Position numbers and translations under genes: made by a program
Assembly (NCBI GenBank): GCA_020137815.1
Contig: CM035356.1
Span: 7,936,001 to 8,000,000 of the forward strand
DNA from: Hormiphora californensis
Taxonomy: Eukaryota; Animalia; Ctenophora
Direction of reading: 5' to 3'
DNA length: 64,000 nucleotides
Shown here: positions 1 through 25,019 of the stretch, one piece after another
Layout: every line of letters begins with the position of its first letter
Position numbering within the stretch: position 1 is the stretch's first letter
Notes under the pieces: model-generated
Told to the model about the DNA's origin: nothing
The model's input: only the letters and a program-made list of their open reading frames with translations
Database searches by the model: none

Positions 1-387
1 TTGGTGAGTTTAAAGTTTCAAATAGCCCCCCCCCCCCCCCCCCCCAATGGTCCCCATTTTGCTTTCTTCATCCAAATCTGCTCTGCCTGGAAATACATTT
101 TATTGGAGAAAGTCGAAAGATAAACGCTGGGATTCTTCCATTCACAAATATAAAAAGACAGATAACTCTACACAATACAAAACTATACATCACATCCCAA
201 CACCTTTATTAACCTATTCTGATCCTGAGTGGTATCCAACTGTCACCCAGCGTCGTGTGATCCTCAGCAACTCTGATTTAAAACTAAACAGTAAACATTC
301 ACTCACTATAACAGTGATAAATAGCTGGCTCTGTATATCGGGGGTCTAGGTACAACGCAGTGGCTCCTCTCTTGGTGATCACGGGTT

Positions 388-1905
388 TCAGTGTCCTCTA
401 AGGTTCCCAATGACAGGTTTAATATTAATTAAAGGGTCTAACTTGTGCTTCGGGACCGGAGGTGTTGCCCCCGGTATTGCTGGCCCACTAAGAAAAAGCC
501 CATAACTGAAGGCATCATTTTGTTGTGCAGCAGCCGCTGAACCCTCATAAGCATCACAAATACTGACCCCATACATAGGTCGCTGTTTCGAGGGTGCCCT
601 TCTGTTCTTCCCTCCTGATTTGCTGGCTTGGTAACGGTCGTACAGTGTCGGGATGGTTTGTTGTTGTTGGAGGGGGTTGCTAAGGTGCTCCTTTATAAAT
701 CTTCCTTTTGAACGTGCAACAGGCTCCGGTATTACCTCAGCCTTCTTTTTGTTGACCTGGAGTCCCTTGTGATCAACTGTTCCTGTGCCCGGTTTATACA
801 AACTCTTGGCCACTGGCCCATGGTAAAGATGACCCCCTCCTCCTCCTCCACCCCCTCCCCCTCCACCAGCCCTCATTAGAAGACCCAGGGAGGTATTGGA
901 AGCTGTCTCCTTCTTCTCGTTCTTATAGGTAGCGAGGCAGTCAGAGGTTTGTTGTTTCACCGCGACACTGGTGTTACCCGTACTATATTCAATGTGTGTG
1001 GGCCAATCTGCGTGGTGATAAACTGGGTGTTAGATGATATCTTACAAAACAGTATTGAAGTAGTCATAAATCAAATAAATTGAGATTACTGGCTAACTCG
1101 GGGCTTGCTATCTTTGCTACCCTCGTCCCACACGAGGGGGCTTGCTATAATGGGAGGGGTAACCGCCAAATGTATTGTTTTATTCGGTCGAACAAGGCAA
1201 CAAATGTACTGGGGTATCATAGGACCATGACATATTCAGCTTCACAAATTACAGACAACAATGAGACAGAGAGCAGCTATAATGCTTGTGTAGAGTGTGT
1301 ATCATGAAGAGTGGGGGTTCAGGTGGCTTCTGTTCGCATGAATGTAAGAGGGCAAAGATGCTTGGCAAGAAATGTTCCTGAATCCTGGTATTAAGATTCA
1401 CATGTGAGGAGGTTGATGGAAGGGCAGTTAGTGCAAGCTTTATTAGAGGTCTTTATGAAAAGGAAATGTAAGAGAAAAAAGCTCCCTAGTAAATTGTAGT
1501 TGTACGTAGGCATTTGTGGTGGAAAGCAATTATTAAAGAGCAATGTTTTAGACAATATGGTACCCAATTAGTACCTAAACCGGAATCAAGAATCAATTAC
1601 CTGGTTTAATGAGTGTAGGAAAGAACTGGTGATGATTTAAATGATGACCAACTATCCACGGCCAGACCCGGGAGCCCCACCCGGAGCTGCAGTTTCCCGG
1701 AGGTGGGTGATCGCCCCATCCAGGATCAATACCGGGGGAACAGATTGGTCGCTCAGCAATAGACTTGAGGCGGGTGCCGTGCTTGGCTTTCTGTTCATCT
1801 TGTTTGGACCCCCCGCGGAGAGGAGAGGGTGTCGGGCAGTGTTGTATAGTCTCATCTGTGGGCGGTTGTGTGAACACATTGTGGGCGTGATATCATGACT
1901 CCTCT
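388..1905 (-). CDS. 3' exons of an unidentified spliced gene (low-complexity, poly-Gly/poly-Gln)
   Basis: Open exon-like segments ~1905-1654 and ~982-388 (190-aa ORF ending in a stop), each preceded by an AG acceptor, with compatible phases. No recognisable domain and the donor is weak. Confidence 0.35.
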
Positions 1906-2557
1906 GCACATTGTGATTGGATAATTGCTTGCCACAGAAAGATTAAAAGATAAAGAGAGTGAGTGGATCGAGAGAGTCATGTTTAAAATGAGCTGCTGAA
2001 TGTAGCAGATCTACTGTGTGTATAACACGTGTAGCTATAGCCACGACTTGCACTGAGAACAATAGTCGAGTGATGACTGACAAGATGTAATAGTTAAAGA
2101 AGATGGTCGAGTGATGACTGTCAAGATAGTTAAAGAAGGACATACACAATTAGTGACAGAAAGAGAGGGGCCCTCATGAGAAGGAGAGATGGTAGTGATC
2201 AAAAGACACTGTTTCATGCAGATAAAGATATTATCTTGTTTCATGCAGATATGATTAAAGAGAAAAGACCACCTACAATATAAGATGTAATTGTGCAACT
2301 CCAACTTACTAAATGTAAAAACTTGTTTGGATAAAGGGTATTGCAGCGGTGACAATACACCATCGCAGAACTCTGTTTCTGAGGAAAGGGACAAATTTCA
2401 ATGATTTTTTTGTAAGATCGTATCTAACCATCTCTCCCTCTCATTTCCGTGTAAAAAAGTTAGAGTTACTTGATAAATGTAGCTTTTCGTGATTTGGGAA
2501 AGTTAACAAGGTTCAAACACTTGGCAGGGAATAGGGATGAATACTTGACTTATAATA

Positions 2558-2918
2558 TGTTTCGGGGTATTCGGGGGGATTCAGGGGCCAGGGGCGTTGG
2601 GTGACCGTACCGATGTATTTCCGTAGACAAAGATAAACACAGGATCTTACAAAGGTGAGAAGAAGGTTTCAAGGTAAACGAAGGTATAGTTGTTAGGAAG
2701 AATCTGACAAACTTTCTTGCATTCTCACAAAACATCTGAGGTAAAACATCTCTCGCGCGGCGGAATATGGCGTGATTCCGCGCTCGCGATATCTCACAAC
2801 ACATTTGGAACTCTCGCGCGTTCCATACAAACACTCAGGAAAACTGTGCCACACTCATGGCACACATCGCACACACACGTTACACACACAAACAAACTAT
2901 CAGTTCACACCTATCACA
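2558..2918 (-). repeat. 3' LTR of the Copia element (361 bp)
   Basis: On the minus strand it begins TGTGATAGG and ends CCCCGAAACA; it matches 7524-7674 joined to 26540-26758. Confidence 0.95.
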
Positions 2919-2939
2919 CTCCCCTCTCTTTCCTTTTCC
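2919..2939 (-). promoter_or_regulatory. Polypurine tract (PPT) of the Copia element
   Basis: Minus strand GGAAAAGGAAAGAGAGGGGAG directly precedes the 3' LTR. Confidence 0.85.
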
Positions 2940-3264
2940 GAATCGAGAGATGAGCAAGCAGGAGATTCAGGTCCGGCAAACTACAGGTCAGGGCTAAAAA
3001 TGAACACTGTCATGAGTGGCTGGATGTGAAAAAAATAAAATGGCAGGGAAAAGAAAAATGCCAGTCGGCTAATAAACTCGTGACAAAGCATCAGGTGAGT
3101 TGAAATAAGTGAAGAACAAAAATCTATCACTGGGTAAAATAAGTAGTGAAAGTCAGGTGAGTTAAATATACACACTGGGTGAGTAGTAAGAAAACGGGTT
3201 AAGAAGTAAAAACTGGGTTAAAATAAGGTGAGATAAAATACAAAAGTAGGGATAAAGTAAACGG

Positions 3265-6200
3265 TTACAGCATTCCGTTGATAACGTCCGGGTTCACTCC
3301 TCTCTTTGTCAGGATGTCAGCGGGGTTCAACTTTGATTGAATCCAAGAGACTGTGACTTCCCCTCTCTCGATTCTCTCTTGAACTTCTCGTAACGTGAGA
3401 ATTGTTGATTTATCTTCAGGGGTTGAAGACACCTTGTTTGCAGAGTCAACAACTTGTTTAGAGTCAGTGAAAATCTTGATTCCCGGGTCAAAAGTGAGTT
3501 CTCTCAAGAAGGATTGGATCAGGATTGCATATCCCAAACCATCACTCACTGCATAGAGTTCTGCTGCGTAGACACTTTTCACAACACGTTTAACCTTGTT
3601 GGAACTGTAGGCTATCAGGTTAGCGTGAGAGTTGTCTCCTGTTTCAGTTTGAGGGTCTCCCCAGAAAAGAATGACACCTTCCCCGGTTTTCTTGTCATGG
3701 AGGTTTCCAAGACTAGCGTCTGTAAAAACTGAAATATTAGCGTTAGTGTGAAAAATAGGGGAAAAAGTAATCTTTGTTGGGGATAAATTCTTGACAATCT
3801 TCTTCAGCTCTTTGAATTGTTTCCCAGTCCACGGTGATGTCGTAGTAATATCAAGAAGGCTAAAACAGATCTGTGGCATAGTCTGTGTTGCCAGCCAATT
3901 CAACTTTCCAATCACAGCCCTCATGAGAGATTGGAGGTTATCATCAACTTCTTCACTATTCTGGGGCACAGGTTTGACAGAATTCAACTTTTCCATCATA
4001 CTGTCTCTGACATAGTTACAGTACTGCTGCTGTGTGACGAATATGTTGTTTCCTTGCTGTTTGACTTGCCAGCCAAGGTAGTTGAAATCGGTTATCTCCA
4101 CTCGTCCTATCTTGTATCTGTTCAGGGCGGGTTCCACTTTAGCGAAGAAATTGTGGTCACCTGTCATCAGAATGTCATCAACATGGACAACTAGTAATCC
4201 TTCTAGTTTTCCATCATCTCCGATGGTGAAGAATACGTTTTTGTCAATTTTAGATTGACGGAGAGTCTTCTTCAGAGTTGCAGAGAGAGAAAAATACCAT
4301 TTTCTACCAGCGTCTCCTAGTCCATACAGGGGTTTCAGAAGTTTCCACAACACTCCTTGTTTCCTCATGGAATTAGGTGGTTTAACATACACCTCTCTTG
4401 ACATAGTGTCTGATTGCAAATAAGCGCTTGCTACATCAACACTCTTCAGGTTCCAGTTGGTTGTAGTAGACAGACTGAGTAGAGTTCTCACTGCATACTT
4501 TGTTACAGTTGGGGATTGGGTTTGGTCCTCTAACTTTTCCTCGAATCCACGGGCAACTAGACGGGCCTTGACTGTCCCATCATCCTTTCGGGTTATAACC
4601 CATCGGGTGCTTACCCGGTCCTGTCCTGTGTCAGGCACTTCTTCAAATGCTTTAAACTCCTCCAGTTTATCGATCTCTTTCCTTCGTGCTAATTGCACTT
4701 CCTCTTTTCCCATCTTTGATGCTGCTAGGAGAATTTCATCATGTTCGGGACTGAAGGGTTCTTGATCTTCTGGGGGTTTTCTGGGACTGTCCTCTCTGGG
4801 ATCTGTAGTCTCAGGTAAAAGTACCTGCTTCTGCTCAACATGATCATCAAGATTCTGGAGCTGTTCACTTTCTGGAACATTTATCTCAGGCACAGATCCA
4901 CTTTCTTGGGGTACTTCCTCAACCGGATTATCAGGATTCGGAGGCTGTTCACTATCTGAAACATTGTTCTCTTGGACAGATCCACTTTGGGATTCTTCCT
5001 CTACCGCGTTACCATTTTTAGTAACTTCAATCACTGTGTGTTCACTTTCGGAATCTGATACAGGATTTGTTGCTGCGGGGGTGTCTCTATGAGTTTTACT
5101 CCTCAATCCGAAATCTCTTGCTGGGGGTGTCACTTTGGGTTTCTTCTTCTTGGGCTTCTTCTTCTGTACTACCTTGGGCTCGGTTGGCCTATCCTCGGGT
5201 TCATCTTCCTCACTTGAGTCTCCCAGTGCTAATCGCGAATTGGGGACTGTCCTCTGGTTCTTGTCTTTTCGCTCATGGACTAGCCTCACTTTACAAGGAT
5301 GTGCACGTAGTAGTGCTCCACCGTGCTTGATTAAAACATTGTTATCGATCATTCCAACAACTGTAGCGGGTCCCAACCAGGTTTTGTGAGCTTCACGCTT
5401 GTAGAATACCTTATCTCCCTGGACATAGGTATGTTGATCCTGTGTTGGTCCGGCACTATTTAGTGCTCGTTTCAGTCTGGAAGAATTTTCCAATTCGATA
5501 AACTTTAATCGGGCTGTCTTCATGGCTTGTAGATTCTTCACTACTAATTCATCTCCGTGAGCATTTCCTCCGTGAGCAGGTAGGCATTCTTCTGAGTCCA
5601 ATACGTGTGGAAAGGTAGGAGCTGTGCCAAAAACTAGTTGATGTGGTGAAAATCCCATCTGATTGCTTAGCTGGTTCTTAGCATTGCTAGACCAAGCACA
5701 AGCCACTGGTATAGTGCATCCAGTGTCATCACGAGTTTTGACAACCATGTCTCCAAGAATTCCGTTGTGTCTCTCAGTGAGACCATTGCACCATGGGCTC
5801 TCAGCTGGGGTAGCTTTCAACTCAATATCTAGGCGGCTTGCCATCTCTAGGATAACTTCGTTGGTGAATTCTCCTCCGTTGTCCGATAGGATCCTCTTGG
5901 GGCGACCAAAGATAGAAATCCAACATGTGAAGAATTTCTGAACACATTCTTCTGCTGATTTGTTCTCAATTGGGACCATAACACTGTACCTGGTTAGTGT
6001 ATCAATGATATGAATAGTCCATTTTGATTCACCCGAGCTGAATTTCAACATCTTTAAATCCATTGCAACACACTCATTGAAAGTGTTCCCGAGAGGTAAT
6101 GCAACTTTCCTCCTAGGTTTGGATCGTTGATGCTCCATGCATTGTTGGCATTCAAGTGCAACTTGGTGAAGTTCTCGACAAATCTCTTCCTTGTTGGGGT

Positions 6201-7500
6201 GATTGGAAGATTTAGCTACCTCCTGGATTTTCGCAGTCGAGCCATGGGCAAAGTAACGATGGAGTTTCTGGGCAATCTTTCTGGGTGATGTGGTACCTGA
6301 ATCCGAAGAAGTTAAAAGAGTAGTTGGAGAAAGTTTGGAGTTTAAATCAATTGTGACGTGACCACTATCAGTGAGATGTAACTGTGTTTGTTTACCCGAG
6401 ACCTGTAGCACGTCGTTCCCAAAATCAATCACCGCTCCTCTCTCGCTAAGTAAAGCTCTGGATAAAAGAGGTGGGATGTTAAGGTCTAGGACAAACACGG
6501 GTACTTCATCACATGACACACCAAATATATCTGTGGGTATATACGCAATCGATTTAGACGTTACAGATTTGGAATCACCAAAAGTAAAATGTCTCTCACT
6601 GACAGTCTCTCTCTTACAACGTATACAAGATTCACTCTCAAATTTACGTAACCAATTTGCACCACACACTGAGATAGCTGCACCAGTGTCCAAAATCGCT
6701 CTTAGGCCACATTGTTCAGTTAGTGAAAGAATATACTCTGTACCGACAACCATCTTGAAAACTCCGTGCTGCCTGCCGCCACCACGGCCACCACGATTAC
6801 CACGACTACCACCACTGCCACCATATTTCGACTCCTTCCTGGCGCTATTCTTCTTTAGACAGTTGGAGGCCACATGTCCGGGTTTTCTACAGTTAAAACA
6901 TACAATCAGAGTTAATGATTCTGTTTCAGTTTTCTCAGAGTTAGAAACTGCACCATTTGACTCGGGAAGGTTGGCACCAAAAGTCCTTTTCATCGATTGA
7001 ATCATGTCCTCTAAACGAATATTAGGACAAGTTGCTCGTAGAAGGCGTTTTTGCTCCGGGGTCAAGTTTGCTTGTTCAAGGAGTCTATAGGCAAGGATCT
7101 GAGATCCGTAGATAGCATCTTGAGTCTCCACTTCACACCTCTGCTTCAACTCATTGAGCCGTGTTGAGAACTCCGAAATGAATTCAGGAATGGGCTGATC
7201 GGCTGGTCGTACAAATCGTTCAAAACGTTCAATGGCAGTAAACAAGCTTGCGGTTTTGTCTCTGCCGAAGACTTTTTCCAATGATCCGAGTAGATATGAT
7301 ACACCATCCTCAGTCTGGAGTTTCGCAATTTCGAGTCCCAATGCGTGTTCCTTCGCAGAGCCCGTAAGGACGTATGCGAGGCGAGCAGCTTGGCTCTTTA
7401 CCGGACAAGTTGTCCCAGCAATCCATAGAAGAACATCCCTTCTGTAGGCATCGAATGGCAACTCGGCGTTGAAACTGGGAGGATGTATGTCTGACGGCAT
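3265..7500 (-). CDS. Copia gag-pol polyprotein (1411 aa)
   Basis: CCHC knuckle CFNCRKPGHVASNC; protease LDTGA; integrase HRYFAH..CQQC and SDNGGEF..E; RT KARLVARGF, DVASAYLQ, LYGL, HVDD; RNase H FTDAS, AELYA, TDS, ADILTK. No stops. Confidence 0.97.
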   Translation of the reverse strand: MPSDIHPPSFNAELPFDAYRRDVLLWIAGTTCPVKSQAARLAYVLTGSAKEHALGLEIAKLQTEDGVSYLLGSLEKVFGRDKTASLFTAIERFERFVRPADQPIPEFISEFSTRLNELKQRCEVETQDAIYGSQILAYRLLEQANLTPEQKRLLRATCPNIRLEDMIQSMKRTFGANLPESNGAVSNSEKTETESLTLIVCFNCRKPGHVASNCLKKNSARKESKYGGSGGSRGNRGGRGGGRQHGVFKMVVGTEYILSLTEQCGLRAILDTGAAISVCGANWLRKFESESCIRCKRETVSERHFTFGDSKSVTSKSIAYIPTDIFGVSCDEVPVFVLDLNIPPLLSRALLSERGAVIDFGNDVLQVSGKQTQLHLTDSGHVTIDLNSKLSPTTLLTSSDSGTTSPRKIAQKLHRYFAHGSTAKIQEVAKSSNHPNKEEICRELHQVALECQQCMEHQRSKPRRKVALPLGNTFNECVAMDLKMLKFSSGESKWTIHIIDTLTRYSVMVPIENKSAEECVQKFFTCWISIFGRPKRILSDNGGEFTNEVILEMASRLDIELKATPAESPWCNGLTERHNGILGDMVVKTRDDTGCTIPVACAWSSNAKNQLSNQMGFSPHQLVFGTAPTFPHVLDSEECLPAHGGNAHGDELVVKNLQAMKTARLKFIELENSSRLKRALNSAGPTQDQHTYVQGDKVFYKREAHKTWLGPATVVGMIDNNVLIKHGGALLRAHPCKVRLVHERKDKNQRTVPNSRLALGDSSEEDEPEDRPTEPKVVQKKKPKKKKPKVTPPARDFGLRSKTHRDTPAATNPVSDSESEHTVIEVTKNGNAVEEESQSGSVQENNVSDSEQPPNPDNPVEEVPQESGSVPEINVPESEQLQNLDDHVEQKQVLLPETTDPREDSPRKPPEDQEPFSPEHDEILLAASKMGKEEVQLARRKEIDKLEEFKAFEEVPDTGQDRVSTRWVITRKDDGTVKARLVARGFEEKLEDQTQSPTVTKYAVRTLLSLSTTTNWNLKSVDVASAYLQSDTMSREVYVKPPNSMRKQGVLWKLLKPLYGLGDAGRKWYFSLSATLKKTLRQSKIDKNVFFTIGDDGKLEGLLVVHVDDILMTGDHNFFAKVEPALNRYKIGRVEITDFNYLGWQVKQQGNNIFVTQQQYCNYVRDSMMEKLNSVKPVPQNSEEVDDNLQSLMRAVIGKLNWLATQTMPQICFSLLDITTTSPWTGKQFKELKKIVKNLSPTKITFSPIFHTNANISVFTDASLGNLHDKKTGEGVILFWGDPQTETGDNSHANLIAYSSNKVKRVVKSVYAAELYAVSDGLGYAILIQSFLRELTFDPGIKIFTDSKQVVDSANKVSSTPEDKSTILTLREVQERIERGEVTVSWIQSKLNPADILTKRGVNPDVINGML

Positions 7501-7510
7501 CGATTTTCAC

Positions 7511-7523
7511 TTGCTGCTACCAC
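7511..7523 (-). promoter_or_regulatory. Primer-binding site (tRNA-iMet-like)
   Basis: Minus strand TGGTAGCAG starts 1 nt inside the 5' LTR end; it is complementary to the initiator-Met tRNA 3' end, as is typical of GalEa-type Copia elements. Confidence 0.75.
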
Positions 7524-7674
7524 TGTTTCGGGGTATTCGGGGGGATTCAGGGGCCAGGGGCGTTGGGTGACCGTACCGATGTATTTCCGTAGACAAAGAT
7601 AAACACAGGATCTTACAAAGGTGAGAAGAAGGTTTCAAGGTAAACGAAGGTATAGTTGTTAGGAAGAATCTGAC
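7524..7674 (-). repeat. 5' LTR, inner portion (151 bp)
   Basis: Identical by eye to 2558-2708; the match stops abruptly after GAATCTGAC. Confidence 0.95.
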
Positions 7675-7936
7675 TTGGCATACGTTGCAGGCCCCTTATA
7701 TATAAATAAGGGGCCTGGAGGGAATACCGCGGCCAATGCTGACACAGCTTACTTTAGCATTGCTTACACTGCTTACTTTAGCATCGCTAGCACCATCATA
7801 AGAGTACCGCGCGCGACAGTTATGACTCTACACAGTTCAAAAGTGTACCAGAGAGTGACACACAGTTTCAAGTCACTTTGGTAATCTGCAAAATGAATAT
7901 CAATAAAATTAGTTAGCAGAAACACATTAAAAACAC

Positions 7937-13223
<5,287 letters not shown>

Positions 13224-14151
13224 TCCTTTATGCTACTATAATCGAAAAATAATAATTACATATATTATCCTTAAATATATATCCTTAATTAGAAATGCAG
13301 ATCGTGATGAGGAAGAGTATGTCCTATTCACACGTGCAAAAAGAGGGGGTTGTGAAGTAGGTGCCCTGGGAGGTGTATGGGAGATTCCACGTGCGGGTTG
13401 GTACAGAGGGTGAGAGGGGTGCTCCTGGGTGAGGGAGAGTGTGGGGATTCGGGTCAACGGGTGCTCTACTTCAACGGGCTTTCTAATATTCTAGTATATA
13501 GCATAACTTCAACTTTTCTACCGGGTGGGACTTAGTTGATTTGGTTTGGTCTAAATTTCAGTAACTTCGTAATAATTAGGGTAAAAAGATGGTTTATCAT
13601 CAATACATTTCACATTCATTTTACATTCATAAAATGGTTCTCTTAGTGACGATATTGACAATGATGACGTATTCAGTGCTCCTTCACAAACAAATCCACC
13701 ACCAAGGCGACTATCCCACCAATACATATTGTACTACCGACACACACAAGATCTAACAGACAACATATTAGTCATGATCTCGGCAAGGGCAATTTGTTAG
13801 TCCGGGCTAGTAATATTTAAGATAAGTCCACAACAGTTAAGTCTAACTCAATCAAATCAATATTGGATGACCTACACATGGAAATTATACATGTACACAT
13901 AAAACTTGACGAGCAAGTGCAATAAGTGAGGACACAGCTCGGGGGCCACATAGTTTGTGGGATGTAGATTGCGGTATTACATCTTTATCGTCGTGAGTAC
14001 GTCGCTCTGCAAAGGAAAGTCTGGTGACATCTAAACAAAACAAAAAAGTAGAAAAAGACGAAATAGATTTTATTGATTTTGTAATAGTGATGTAAAGAGG
14101 ACGGCCAATTGTAAGTAACGATTTTATGATTCTCTGCTTAATTAAATGAGG

Positions 14152-21707
<7,556 letters not shown>

Positions 21708-22239
21708 ATTGCAACTCGAGCTGTGAAAACAAGACGTGTTAGCAAGTCCCAATATTTTTTGGGTCCTGAATGTAAGTTGGTGATGCCATCCCCTATTATG
21801 TTAGCTTCGAGGGGTGGCCGCGTCACCAAGATTGTTAGTTGTTAAATTTCTAACTTATATTAGGTAAAGACTATCAAAAGCAAAGATAATGTGAACATAA
21901 AACATTACGACGAATATATACATACTGCAATTAATTACTTGAAGCGTACCCAATGGGTGCGCTGGTATAATATAATATAATCATATTGTATCTACCTTTA
22001 CCGAGTCTTCTGATAACCCAAATAGTATGGTACTGTCAGCCAAAATAATAACCCTTAATTTACATCCCTGGAAAACGGTTTGTTTGTGATTCATGCATCT
22101 GTACTCGAGAGGATGACTTGCCTTGTTCGACCCTCCCTCCCAAGGTTTAAACAAAACAAAGGATGACCTTCCCGAAAGTAATAGAGGCCGTCATCCGTCT
22201 TGAATCTTGTAAATATCATCGTAAAGAGCCGTGCCACCG

Positions 22240-22920
22240 TGAGAAGTATCCCTTCCCGAATTGAATTAATTTGTTCGATATATCCAGGTACCGGGGGTCG
22301 GTCTGGCATCCTATTCAACCGTTCCCCAAGAAGTGCTTTGTACAGAGAGGTTTTTGGCTGAGTTTACTTCACTTGGAAGGGCGTCCGAAGTAACATGCTC
22401 TGCATAAACTGATTGGTGGGTGGCGGAGTGGTTGACGTGCTGGGGCGCCTAATAAGCGTGTTCGGTGCGGCCTCTACTACTTTCGGGCAGGTCATCCTCC
22501 AGACGCAGTAATCACAAACAAACAAACGAAACATTCATAAACAAATAAACAATAAACATTCATAAATAAATTTAGTATTGTACACAAAGCTTTAGCTCAA
22601 TCAAAGTGAGCCAACACTCAGATGACATGGAAAGTCAGCAGGTTATATATATGTATCAGCTAAATGACAATGAAAAGCAAAATACAATTCTATGATTCGT
22701 CCATCTCTTTAAACACACTGGGGTAATTTCTCCAATCAATCAAGGAGTTCCACCCGGTAGCCGCGAACAGGTGGATGGTCGGGAATGGTGGTTAAGTAAG
22801 ACCCAAGCCCCAAGGGAATGTTTCAACTCGAGCAGTGATGTTGCCTCTCTCACTGCACGGGATAGGGAATTCCATAACTGTGCTCCTCTAACACCGAATG
22901 ATGATTGATGAGTCATAAGG
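22240..22920 (-). pseudogene. Two decayed 3'-end fragments of CR1/L2-type LINEs nested in the AcademH 5' region
   Basis: ~22920-22735 reads SFGVRGAQLWNSL..IPDHPPVRGY..NSLIDW and ~22400-22240 reads LPSEV..LYKALLGERLNRMPDRPPVPGY; both resemble LINE ORF2 C-termini and carry frameshifts. Confidence 0.55.
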
Positions 22921-22929
22921 GCCAGATAT

Positions 22930-24960
22930 GGATGGGTTAGAAGTCAGAAGAGGTCGAGAGGTGGGTTAGAAAGAGTACGGGAGATGGATTAGAAGGTCCG
23001 ACCCCTTCTAACCCATCTGTCGGTAGGTGGGTTAGAAAGGGTCGAGGGATGGGTTAGTAGAGGTCGGGAGGTGGGATAGAAGAGGTTAAAGGGGTACGAG
23101 AGGTGGGCTAGAACATAGAAGGGGTCAAAAGTGGTTAAGGAGGGGCCAGAGGTGAGTTACTAGGGGTCCAGAGGTGGGTCAGAATGGGACTAGAGTTGGG
23201 TTAAAAGTGTTCAAAGGGTGGTCGAGAGGTAAGTTAGAAGGGGTGGGTAAGTTAGAAGAGGTGGGTTAGAAGGGGTCGAGGAGACTGGGGAGGGTTAGTA
23301 CTTATTATGGGTCGAAAGGTGGGCTAAAAGGGATTGAGAGGTGAGTTAGAAGGGGTCTAGGGGTGAGTTAGAAGGGTCTAGATCTAGCTAGAGGTGAGTT
23401 AGAAGGGGTCTAGGGGTGGGTTAGAAGGGGTAAAGAGGTGGGTTAGAAGGGGTCGAGGGGAGGGTTATAGTTATTACTTATTAGGGGTGGAGAGGTGGGC
23501 TAAAAGGGATTGAGAGATGAGTTAGAAGGGGTCTAGGGGTGAGTTAGAAGGGTCTAGAGGTGAGTTAATTAAAAGGGGTCTAGAGATGAATTAGGAGGGG
23601 TCTCGAGGAGAGTTAGAAGGGGTCTAGAGGTGAGTTAAAAGGGGTCTAGAGGTGAGTTAGAAGGGGTGGTTTAGAAGGGGTCTAGGGGTGGGTTAGAAGG
23701 GGTACGGGAGATGGGTTAGAAGGCCAAGGTCCGACCCGGGACCCCTTCTAACCCACCTATCGGTAGGTAGGTTAGAAAATAGAAAGGGTCGAGGGGTGGG
23801 TTAGTATTGGTAATGAAATTCCCCCTCTGCAATAATAGGGGTGACTTCGTAACCAAGGGTTAGTAGAGGTCGGAAGGTGGGATAGAAGGGGTTAAAAGGG
23901 GTGGGTTAGAACATAGAAGGGATCAAAAGGGGGTTAGAAGGGGCCCAGAGGTGAGTTACTAGTGGTTCAGAGGTGGGTCAGAATGGTACTAGAGTTGGGT
24001 TAAAAGTTTTCAAATGGTGGTTTAAAAGGGGTCGAGAGGTAAGTTAGAAGGGGTTACAAATGTAAAGGGAGGGTTAGAACATAAAAAGGTTAGAAGGAGT
24101 CGAGGGGAGGGTTAGTACTTAGTAGGGGTCGAGAGGTGAGTTAGAAGGGATCTGACGGTTCGGTTAGAAGGTGTCTGTTAGGTGGGTTAGAAGTGGTACG
24201 AGAGATGGGTAAGGGGTCAAGAGGTGGGTTAGAAGTCAGAAGAGGTCGAGAGGTGAGTTACTAGAGTTCCAGAGGTGGGTTAGAAGGGGACTAGGGGTGG
24301 GTTAGAAGGGGTCGAGAGGTAAGTTAAAAGAGGTCCGGAGGTGGGTTATTACTTATTAGGGAGCTGAGAGATTTGTTAGAAGGGGTTGAATGGTGGGTTA
24401 GAAGGGTTCGAGGAGTGGGGTAGTAATTAGTAGGGGTCGAGAGGTGGTTTAAAAGGGGTTAAGAGTTGATTTAGGAGGAGTTCAGACTTCAGAGTTGGGT
24501 TAGAAGGGGGTTCAAAGGTGGGTTAGAAGATTCCAGAGGTGAGATATAATATAGAGGTTTCAGAGGGAGTTAGTAGGGAGCTTACTGATGAGGCAAAAGG
24601 ACTCGGAGCTGGGTTAGAAGGGGTCCACGTTGCTTAGTAGGGGTCCAGAGGTGGATCCATGCTAACCCACTTCTAGACTAGAACCACTTACCAGGGTCTG
24701 TGAATCCATCAATAAAGATCTGCTGGCGATGAGAAGCGGCTGTGAACGGTTTCCCTACTCAGGTGTTTAGCTCATAGTACGTTGGCCCAGTAATAGTATC
24801 ATGGCCCAGTAATTTTATTTCCGGAACAGAATCTGAGAAATTATTTTGTTATTAAACATTTTATAAACCTATCAGAGGGGGTTCAAAGGCGGGTCCAGAG
24901 TTGAGGTAGAAGGGATTCAGAGGCGGGTTAGCAGGGAGCTGAGGTAAAAGGGCTCAGAGA
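22930..24960 (+). repeat. G-rich degenerate ~20-bp minisatellite containing GGGTTAG
   Basis: Approximate unit GAGGTGGGTTAGAAGGGGTC(T/G)A repeated many times, with block duplications and short inverted copies near 23001 and 23741. Confidence 0.85.
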
Positions 24961-25019
24961 CTGGTTATAAGTTGTTGATTAGTCGCGGTCCAGAGAGAGA
25001 GATATATAGAGATATATAG

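Noticed and set aside
3454-7447. Plus-strand ORFs overlapping gag-pol (e.g. 6371-7000), and similar antisense ORFs over the MATH-BTB genes
   Set aside because: They are antisense shadows of real coding sequence with no independent motifs.
7664-7674. 11-bp TSD (AAGAATCTGAC) for the nested element
   Set aside because: The extra AA is needed as the end of the right TIR (TTGG...CCAA); only the 9-bp reading gives symmetric termini.
13680-14030. PHD finger at the transposase C-terminus (AcademHP type)
   Set aside because: I could not build a C4HC3 pattern from the candidate downstream exons; the 3' end is unresolved.
22091-22318. Third cargo gene in the AcademH element
   Set aside because: The MPDRPPVPGY motif matches a LINE ORF2 C-terminal remnant; the upstream sequence is frameshifted.
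22930-24960. True or interstitial telomere
   Set aside because: No tandem (TTAGGG)n; GGGTTAG is embedded in a ~20-bp unit.
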